Source: an uncultured Thermoplasmata archaeon (GTDB taxonomy: Archaea > Thermoplasmatota > Thermoplasmata > UBA10834). Taken from it: a DNA stretch of 64,000 nucleotides. This document shows, piece by piece, positions 56,957 through 64,000 of the stretch. The notes below the pieces were generated by a model. It was not told the origin of the DNA and made no database searches. It saw nothing but the letters and a program-made list of their open reading frames with translations. Position numbers and translations under genes: made by a program. Position 1 is the stretch's first letter. Each line of letters begins with the position of its first letter. The stretch is taken from contig CAVRDX010000001.1 of assembly GCA_963719945.1 (NCBI GenBank), forward strand, positions 576,001 through 640,000. Reading direction: 5' to 3'.

Positions 56957-59900
56957 CTACGATTTATTCTTTGGCTTTCTGGAACGATGACGATATCCTA
57001 CGATGAACACCATCATCATGAAGAACACCGGAATAACGACTTCCGAGAATTCCGGTATCATGTTCTCATATATGACCTCATAAGTGCCGGAAGTATCCTG
57101 TGTCCATTGACAGCAGATGTACGATTCTCCAGGGGCACTGTATATGGAGGTCAGATGATATTTCAGATACGAATTCTGCGAGATCGTCACAAAGGTCCAT
57201 GTGCCACTGACATTCTTCTTGATCTGAACCTGGTTCGTGGTGTTTTCCAACCACATTGCGTACACGTTGCCCGTACTCGAATCTAGAGATATCGTTGGGG
57301 ATCTGTGGGCATAGGTGCCCGTCACGTTCAGTGTTATTGGCGTTGACCAAGCAGTCCCACGGTTATACGCATATTGAATCTTGGCTTTCCAGGAGCCGCT
57401 GTATGTATCCCCGGTCCCGTAAACCACATGGAGCACACCATTCGCATCTATGAGTCCAGAAGGCGCAGCCAGATTGGTATTTGCCTGGCTCGCGCCTGCA
57501 GCATAGATGGTCGCTTTATCGACAGTCTTCCACGAAGATCCGTCATGATACACACTCTCGACATTGCCCTCGTACGTGTATATGGACCACATCAAAACAC
57601 CGGATCCGGACTTGCCGGGGAGGAGTATCCCTTTAGGATCGCCAGGCACTTGAGTGTCCAACAGATTTCCTCTGTCAGTCCAGGCACCCTCGACGTTATC
57701 ACCAGAGGAAGTCGAAGAACACCGAATCTTGAATTTGTCGCCTCCACCACCAGAAGTTGTGTAAGATGTGGATAAGACCCATACAGATCCAGTGTTATCT
57801 TTTGTAATGTAGGTATTCTTGTTTGCACGAGCGATTGTGGATATCAAAATCGATGCCTCATTACCCCAGGCTATAGAATGACCAGAGGGGTTGACCGTTC
57901 CTTTTCGAACATAGACACTCAGTGATGCCACGGCATTATCGCCAGAAACATAGATACTCTGAGTAGCTCCATCGTACCAAAGGCTCGTCTCACTCACACC
58001 ATTCGTCGAACTGAACACCCGTCCAAGGTTCGTCCATGTATGGCCGCCATCACTGCTATACTCGTATGTAGTGTGCGTTCCATTCCAGTACAGGCTCCAG
58101 AAATTAGTGCCGTCGTAGAACAGTTTGCGTTGATATGACATTGCGCTTGCAGATGAACCAATCGAGGACTGAACGACCCAGCTCTTTGTACCTGCAGAGA
58201 GTGCAATGCCTCCGGTCAATGCCAGCATCGTATCGGAATCTAGACCCACTATGTCCTGTCGATTGTTCCAATCGGTTGTCTCGATGATGAAATCTAGGCC
58301 TTCGCCCCCATTAATCACAGACGCGAGCACTCCGATCTCGATCCGCTGAGAATCCAATGCTGCATTCACAGTCGCACTGACAGTCGACCAGCTGTTCGAC
58401 ATGTAGCGATAGACCGACTTGGAGTTGATCTCACCAAAGAGTCCTCGGACCTCGATCATATAATCGGCTCCGATTATCTTGGATTCGACAGACATGAGGT
58501 ATCCAGTGGAAGTTGACAGGTCGCTATCGATGTATATCCGGAGTATATCCTCAGCCGTCCGTCTTTCGTTGGATGGGATGACCGAGCCACCTCCGGAGAC
58601 AGGTTTCCCACGTAGCGCTGGTACGTACGCACCCGCGCACATCTCACCATCGACTTTGATATAGAATGATGAGGAAGATGTAGTGTTGAAAACTCCGACA
58701 GAGGTCACATCGATATTTGGGTTGACTATCGGGATAGTGTCCACATCAGAGGCAGTCCTTGTAGACCAATCTCCGAACGCACCATCGATGTATACAACCG
58801 ATGGCGCAGACCCGATGTATGCTCTTGCAGCATACCCGTTCACTATCACCCTGGAAAACGAGCTCGATATGGAATCGTCCGTGACCATAGCAGAAACGAA
58901 CTGACCATCTGACAATGCTGTCGTGTCCACATATATCTGCTCCTCATGGATGTCGCCAGGAGACAGAGAGAACGACGCGATCGATGTTAACGGTGCTGAG
59001 ACACCAGTGTATACTGGTGTCACCTGCTCTACGACACCATCTGCACCCTCGCATTCGAATATGAGCGTCAACAGAGCAGCCGAAGATGACTGAGGCAGTA
59101 CGCCCGATAGCGAAACTGAAGATGACAATTCCTGAGTGACGATGAGAACGCCTCCGGTGAGAGGCACTTGATTGCTTACTGCACACCTCTCGAGCTGATC
59201 CTGCGAATAGAGCACGAAAGAAGCGCCAGAAGAAACCGCAACCTGAAGATCGACTCCCGCCTCCAACTCATTACCGCTAAGCCGGTGTGAAATCGAACCT
59301 TGCGATACCCAAGCACTCCAATCGAGATGGTCGCCGCTCAGGTCGTAATGGGACAGGGAGGACGATTGGATGCTGTCGTTCCAGCCATCGACTTCGAGGA
59401 AGTAATCCGCACCGATCCCTTCAATCGAATATCCAGTATCGATGTTCCCATCAGAATCCACGAACAGGAATATGCTTTCGACAGCTGTCGTCGACATGAT
59501 GTCATTCGAGGCGGAGACATAGAAGTAGACGCGCGTGCCATCAATCCCTACGGACCAATCATCGATAGAAGTCAGTGGAGTGGATGTGAGTATGGAGACG
59601 GAGTACAAGTCCGAATCGTCCCAGTCCCCGAAATCACCATCGATTGCGTAAGGTCCGGAGTCCTTGGCGTAGGAGATGTAGATGAATGTTGGGATAATGA
59701 TCACGAGGGCGATGAGTACAGCGAGGAACTGCCATCTCGCTATGCCTCTCGGACTTCTTCGGGATGGCATAGGTGGACGCATATCACTCTTATTTCCGTT
59801 GATCATCCCTGTTCCGTTCACGAGCCCCGTCCCGTTTATCATACCGGTCCCATTGACCAAGCCAGTACCATTGATGGCGCCCCTGCCATTCGTCAGCCCT

Positions 59901-60451
59901 CTGCCACCGGATACCGGTTCGGAAGGTATGGCTGTGACTGCTCCGGTTGTGATTTCTGCAACAACAGGCTCGGGCTGGTCCGTGGATATGACGGAGGGCT
60001 CGTCTGGAGGAGTAACAGCTATCTCCTCTTCGATTTGGGGGGCTTCTGCGGATTCCTCCCTGGAATCTTCGAACCCGATCCCGCAGTTTGAGCACGATGC
60101 AGCCCCGACAACCATCTGAGTGCCGCATTCCGGGCACTCGATCATATCCTGTTCAATGCCAAGAGGCACCCCACATCGTGGGCACTTGGCCTCAGTGCCA
60201 ATAAGATCCATTCCACATCCGGGACAAGACACCTTGACCTCAGGAATTGGCGCATTCGGCACCTCAGGAGTTATGAGTTCTTCCTTCTGAGCATTCTTGA
60301 CCCGCCGCATCACTCTTCGCTCGATGACACGCTCCAGCTCACGTTTGACCATTATCGTCTCGATCTGCGTGGAACAGAAAGGGCATTTGTCCGCATCAGA
60401 AGGCACTCTCTTACCGCACAGTGGACAATGTATCTCCTGTTCTTCGGCCAA
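56957..60451 (-). CDS. Large membrane protein: 3 zinc ribbons, GxxNG repeats, TM helix, duplicated DGxFxDW domains, Asp-box/BNR region, PEF-CTERM
   Basis: Motifs read from the translation; C-terminus IPEFSEVVIPVFFMMMVFIVGYRHRSRK. Confidence 0.85.
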   Translation of the reverse strand: MAEEQEIHCPLCGKRVPSDADKCPFCSTQIETIMVKRELERVIERRVMRRVKNAQKEELITPEVPNAPIPEVKVSCPGCGMDLIGTEAKCPRCGVPLGIEQDMIECPECGTQMVVGAASCSNCGIGFEDSREESAEAPQIEEEIAVTPPDEPSVISTDQPEPVVAEITTGAVTAIPSEPVSGGRGLTNGRGAINGTGLVNGTGMINGTGLVNGTGMINGNKSDMRPPMPSRRSPRGIARWQFLAVLIALVIIIPTFIYISYAKDSGPYAIDGDFGDWDDSDLYSVSILTSTPLTSIDDWSVGIDGTRVYFYVSASNDIMSTTAVESIFLFVDSDGNIDTGYSIEGIGADYFLEVDGWNDSIQSSSLSHYDLSGDHLDWSAWVSQGSISHRLSGNELEAGVDLQVAVSSGASFVLYSQDQLERCAVSNQVPLTGGVLIVTQELSSSVSLSGVLPQSSSAALLTLIFECEGADGVVEQVTPVYTGVSAPLTSIASFSLSPGDIHEEQIYVDTTALSDGQFVSAMVTDDSISSSFSRVIVNGYAARAYIGSAPSVVYIDGAFGDWSTRTASDVDTIPIVNPNIDVTSVGVFNTTSSSSFYIKVDGEMCAGAYVPALRGKPVSGGGSVIPSNERRTAEDILRIYIDSDLSTSTGYLMSVESKIIGADYMIEVRGLFGEINSKSVYRYMSNSWSTVSATVNAALDSQRIEIGVLASVINGGEGLDFIIETTDWNNRQDIVGLDSDTMLALTGGIALSAGTKSWVVQSSIGSSASAMSYQRKLFYDGTNFWSLYWNGTHTTYEYSSDGGHTWTNLGRVFSSTNGVSETSLWYDGATQSIYVSGDNAVASLSVYVRKGTVNPSGHSIAWGNEASILISTIARANKNTYITKDNTGSVWVLSTSYTTSGGGGDKFKIRCSSTSSGDNVEGAWTDRGNLLDTQVPGDPKGILLPGKSGSGVLMWSIYTYEGNVESVYHDGSSWKTVDKATIYAAGASQANTNLAAPSGLIDANGVLHVVYGTGDTYSGSWKAKIQYAYNRGTAWSTPITLNVTGTYAHRSPTISLDSSTGNVYAMWLENTTNQVQIKKNVSGTWTFVTISQNSYLKYHLTSIYSAPGESYICCQWTQDTSGTYEVIYENMIPEFSEVVIPVFFMMMVFIVGYRHRSRKPKNKS
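59795..59908 (-). repeat. Six 18-bp degenerate coding repeats (G-[LAM]-[TIV]-N-G-x)
   Basis: GRGLTNGRGAINGTGLVNGTGMINGTGLVNGTGMING; synonymous positions differ between copies. Confidence 0.85.
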
Positions 60452-60723
60452 TCCCCAACACCTCGTTCAATGGTAATCTTCAAAGTACCCCCCTCGCGCG
60501 GGGGTCCGCACATGCCAGTCTTAACTGAGATTAACGCAGCTGTAAGTGCAGTCCAGCATATATATAGCAATCGTCTGATACACGTTCCAGTACTCCAAAA
60601 TTCAGCGGAAAAATATAGATGCTTGTTACGAGAAACGTGACAAACGATGCACAATCGATAAGCAAACGGCAGCTCGCAACGTTAATATATGCCGGTCCTT
60701 GTGAAAGACCAAGGTGAATCTGA

Positions 60724-62178
60724 ATGCCCTGGACAGGACCAATAATCAAGATAGATGAGTTCAGGTACGAAATCCCCAAAACTTTCAAACAGTGCATGTC
60801 AACCTCCGCGATAATATTCGCGGATGATAAGCTGATAAAATCCGTGACAGCTGACAGTGCACCGGAACAGGCTGCGAACGTGGCCTGTCTTCCAGGGATT
60901 GTTGGCAAATCGCTCGCCATGCCGGACATTCATTGGGGGTATGGGTTCCCCATCGGAGGAGTCGCAGCATTCGATTCCGAGACGGGCGTGATATCACCTG
61001 GAGGCATAGGGTACGATGTCAATTGTGGTGTCAAACTCGTCAGAACTGACCTCAAATTCGAAGAAATCAGAAACAAGAGGAAGAACCTCATAGACACGAT
61101 ATTCGATAATGTCCCATCTGGCGTCGGCGAAAAGGGGAAGCTGCGGCTAACAGGCAGTCAGATAGATGAAGTCCTGGATAATGGTGCAAAATGGGCAGTG
61201 TCCCAGGGTTATGGTTGGCAAGAGGACCTCGAAACCAGCGAGGAGAACGGCTGCATGAAGACGGCCGACTCTTCGAAGGTCGATCAGAAGGCGAAACAGA
61301 GAGGTGCACCCCAACTGGGCACTCTGGGAGGAGGCAACCACTTCGTGGAGATACAGAAAGTCGATAAGATCTTCGACGAACAGGCTGCCAAATGCTTCGG
61401 AATCGATTCCGTTGACCAGATCATGGTCAGCATACACTCAGGCTCCAGAGGATGCGGGCATCAGATCGCAAGCGATTACATCCGAGTGATGGAGAATGCG
61501 ATCAGGAAATACAACATCTCTGTTCCTGACAGGCAATTGGCATGCGCTCCTGTGAACTCGCAGGAGGGACGGGATTGCTTTGCAGCCATGAGTGCTGCTG
61601 CGAACTACGCGTGGGCGAACAGGCAGCTGATACTCCACTGGCTCAGGGAATCGTTCGAGAGATCCCTGGACAGGAGCGCAGAGGAGATGGGGATGAAATG
61701 CGTCTATGATGTCGCCCACAACATCTGCAAGCTGGAGGAGCATCAGATCGATGGACGACGAAAAATGGTATATGTCCACCGCAAGGGAGCTACCAGGGCT
61801 TTCGATAGCAGCCGAGACGAAGTCCCCGCGAAGTACAGACAATTCGGGCAGCCCGTTCTGATTCCAGGGGACATGGGAAGCGCGAGCTATGTCCTTGCGG
61901 GCACACCACAGGCTATGGCCGAGACATTCGGATCGACATGCCACGGGGCTGGCAGACTGATGTCCAGGACCGCTGCGACCAGAAAGTTCACATCAAAAGC
62001 AGTTATCCAAGACCTTGAGGATCGAGGGGTATACATCAGAGCTGCATCGAAGGAGGGCATCATAGAAGAAGCTCCTGGAGCCTACAAGAACGTGGACGAC
62101 GTGGTCCGCGTCGCCGATGGTGCGGGGATATCAAGGCTGGTAGCCCGTCTTCGACCGATCGGCGTGATGAAAGGCTAG
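60724..62178 (+). CDS. rtcB: tRNA-splicing ligase RtcB
   Basis: MPDIHWGYGFPIG, GYDVNCG, GGGNHF, HSGSRG, AHN, HRKGAT, HGAGR, EAPGAYK. Confidence 0.96.
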   Translation: MPWTGPIIKIDEFRYEIPKTFKQCMSTSAIIFADDKLIKSVTADSAPEQAANVACLPGIVGKSLAMPDIHWGYGFPIGGVAAFDSETGVISPGGIGYDVNCGVKLVRTDLKFEEIRNKRKNLIDTIFDNVPSGVGEKGKLRLTGSQIDEVLDNGAKWAVSQGYGWQEDLETSEENGCMKTADSSKVDQKAKQRGAPQLGTLGGGNHFVEIQKVDKIFDEQAAKCFGIDSVDQIMVSIHSGSRGCGHQIASDYIRVMENAIRKYNISVPDRQLACAPVNSQEGRDCFAAMSAAANYAWANRQLILHWLRESFERSLDRSAEEMGMKCVYDVAHNICKLEEHQIDGRRKMVYVHRKGATRAFDSSRDEVPAKYRQFGQPVLIPGDMGSASYVLAGTPQAMAETFGSTCHGAGRLMSRTAATRKFTSKAVIQDLEDRGVYIRAASKEGIIEEAPGAYKNVDDVVRVADGAGISRLVARLRPIGVMKG

Positions 62179-63545
62179 AGGCCTAGCACTTTCTGCGCAG
62201 CTTTGGCCACTTTCATCTTGTCCTTCTCTGGACACGCCACCATGATCGCCCAGTCATGAGCCCTTCGGAATTGAAGCGAGGAGGCGATCGAACTCATTCT
62301 AGGCAGGAGGCGCACACGCTTGCCATCAAGGATACGAACATCCATGAGTGACATCCGTGGCTCTGAGATTGGGAGCTCTGCAGAAGGAACATCCATTATT
62401 ACCTTGCCTGACGGGATTCCAGCTCTCCGAGCTATGTCCTCCTCAGCTGTCCTGCGCCTTTCGACGTTGCCAAGCGCATCTATCTTTGACCAGTCATCTT
62501 CACATACGTCCGTCACGGCTATTGCATAGGCGCGCTTGTACAATTTGCGATACTTGAGACAGGTCGCGATCTCGCGCGAATATCCGCCCTGCGATTCCAG
62601 ATATGCGAGCAGACCAGCATCCGTCATCCGATGGATGTGGTCAATCGAGTCCTTGCCCAGCCGCTCCACCGCCTTGGCGAGCATGAGCTCCGGTATCCTC
62701 ACAGTCTTGTGGTAGTAGACCGACGAAAACATGAGTGCTCGCGCGACCAGCATGCCCTCGACCGCACTCAGGCCGCTCCTGTCGATGACCAGATCGCCAT
62801 TGTATATATCGAAGGTCTCGACGAGCCGATCGATGTCTATCACGCCATAAGCAACCCCGGTGTAATGTGCGTCTCGTACGAGGTAGTCGAGCTGGTCGGC
62901 ATCGACTGTTCCGCTGACGATCTGAGAAAGGTAACGCTTCGTGTTGAAGTGCGCCTGCGGTCCGTGTTTCTCAAGAGCGCGCGAAGACTGCCTCAATGTG
63001 TGCTGGCCATCCAACAGACCGGCCACATCCTTTGGGCTGATTGACATCGCCTCCAGCGCCTCAGGAACGGATGCATGCTTTCCTAGGATTGACCTCTCCT
63101 CATCGGCCAGGACGGAATCCTCCCCGCGGATGAGTCTTCTAGATATCTCAGCGTGGTCAACGCCGAATTGTTCGTGGAGGACCATCTCGAATGTATGGGA
63201 ATATGGAAGATGGCCTATGTCGTGTAGAAGCGCTGCAGCTTGGACCAGGAGCGATTCGGAGCGATCCAGGTTGAGGGACGAACATATCCGTCCAGCCACA
63301 TGGAAAGTCCCCAGCGAGTGCTCGAAACGCGTGTGATTGGCACCAGGATAGACGAGATATGCAAGACCGAGCTGGTGGATATTGTGCAATCTCTGAAGCT
63401 CTGGTGTCGACGCCAGAGGCAAGAAACAACCGTCGACCTTGATACTACCATGTACCGAATCTCGGATTATCTTGTATTCGACCACTGTGGCTAACACATC
63501 TTCATGAGATATAATGGTTGAGTAGACAAGCAGCGATGCCATCAA
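62175..63545 (-). CDS. HD-domain phosphohydrolase (dNTP triphosphohydrolase/SAMHD1-like)
   Basis: IRDSVHG, QRL..IHQLG, HTRFEHSLG, LLHDIGH.PYSH, DADQLDYLVRD, VYYHK; true start probably the GTG near 63485. Confidence 0.92.
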   Translation of the reverse strand: MMASLLVYSTIISHEDVLATVVEYKIIRDSVHGSIKVDGCFLPLASTPELQRLHNIHQLGLAYLVYPGANHTRFEHSLGTFHVAGRICSSLNLDRSESLLVQAAALLHDIGHLPYSHTFEMVLHEQFGVDHAEISRRLIRGEDSVLADEERSILGKHASVPEALEAMSISPKDVAGLLDGQHTLRQSSRALEKHGPQAHFNTKRYLSQIVSGTVDADQLDYLVRDAHYTGVAYGVIDIDRLVETFDIYNGDLVIDRSGLSAVEGMLVARALMFSSVYYHKTVRIPELMLAKAVERLGKDSIDHIHRMTDAGLLAYLESQGGYSREIATCLKYRKLYKRAYAIAVTDVCEDDWSKIDALGNVERRRTAEEDIARRAGIPSGKVIMDVPSAELPISEPRMSLMDVRILDGKRVRLLPRMSSIASSLQFRRAHDWAIMVACPEKDKMKVAKAAQKVLGL

Positions 63546-63683
63546 ACCAGTTCATAAGGATGTTGACAATGAGACCGCCTATCAATCGACTCACCATTAT
63601 TAAACATGATATTGAGGGCCAAACTCTTTTAATAGGGACACACGTTTTTAACTTGGGCTTTTCGCCGTAAGGAGGCATCATAT

Positions 63684-64000
63684 ATGGAGTTCGGCGCCAA
63701 CGCTAGTGATGACAGGGTTCAGACTTACATAGATGGCTTCGACAGCAAGATAGGTGGCGGCATCAAGAAGGGCCATGTGGTTCTGCTGGCAGGCACGCCT
63801 GGAACGATGAAATCATCGATTGCGGTGAACCTTCTATACAGCAATGTTCGCAAGAAGGGTGTCAATGTACTCTACATCAGCATCGAAGAAAGCAAGGAGA
63901 GTCTACTGAGCGCGATGGAGATGCTGGGCCTCGGAACCGTCGATGAGAACAAATTCTTCATAGTTGATATCGGCAAGCTCAGACTGGAACACACCGATGC
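63684..64000 (+). CDS. KaiC/RAD55-family ATPase (truncated by the window end)
   Basis: RBS AAGGAGG; MEFG...TYIDGFDSKIGGGIKKGHVVLLAGTPGTMKSS...LYISIEES. Confidence 0.88.
   Translation, partial: MEFGANASDDRVQTYIDGFDSKIGGGIKKGHVVLLAGTPGTMKSSIAVNLLYSNVRKKGVNVLYISIEESKESLLSAMEMLGLGTVDENKFFIVDIGKLRLEHTD

Noticed and set aside
1-64000. CRISPR arrays, IS elements, integrases, prophage, rRNA; long antisense ORFs in the track (e.g. 37418..38428, 59300..60091, 22601..23362)
   Set aside because: No regularly spaced repeats or mobile-element motifs were seen by eye. The antisense ORFs are shadows of well-supported genes on the opposite strand.

Overview
64-kb archaeal chromosomal window, most consistent with a Thermoplasmata-type euryarchaeon. 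This is inferred from TATA-like promoters, GGTGA/GGAGG ribosome-binding sites, PdaD, deoxyhypusine synthase, a KaiC/RAD55 ATPase, a PEF-CTERM protein, a Rab-like GTPase and archaeal RecJ/RtcB. It is mostly housekeeping and accessory metabolism: four sensor kinases, four GNATs, pdaD-dys, sdhCDAB, ferritin-like proteins, rubredoxin, an atypical HdrA plus MvhD-HdrD module, transporters, argF, tRNA-His and rtcB. I found no transposase, integrase, prophage gene, CRISPR array or rRNA. The most unusual items are: (i) a 54-nt tRNA-like three-way-junction RNA at the predicted start of the sdhCDAB transcript; (ii) a protein in which a ValRS/IleRS-type anticodon-binding domain follows a HEAT-like helical region with no synthetase catalytic core; (iii) a three-gene, ten-zinc-ribbon locus whose large member has GxxNG hexapeptide repeats, a TM helix, an ectodomain and a PEF-CTERM tail; (iv) a Rab-like GTPase divergent from a structured leader and two Lys-rich micropeptides; (v) an HdrA lacking its inserted ferredoxin domain. 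Several small ORFs missing from the supplied track were translated by hand. All product calls rest on motif recognition only; no searches were run.
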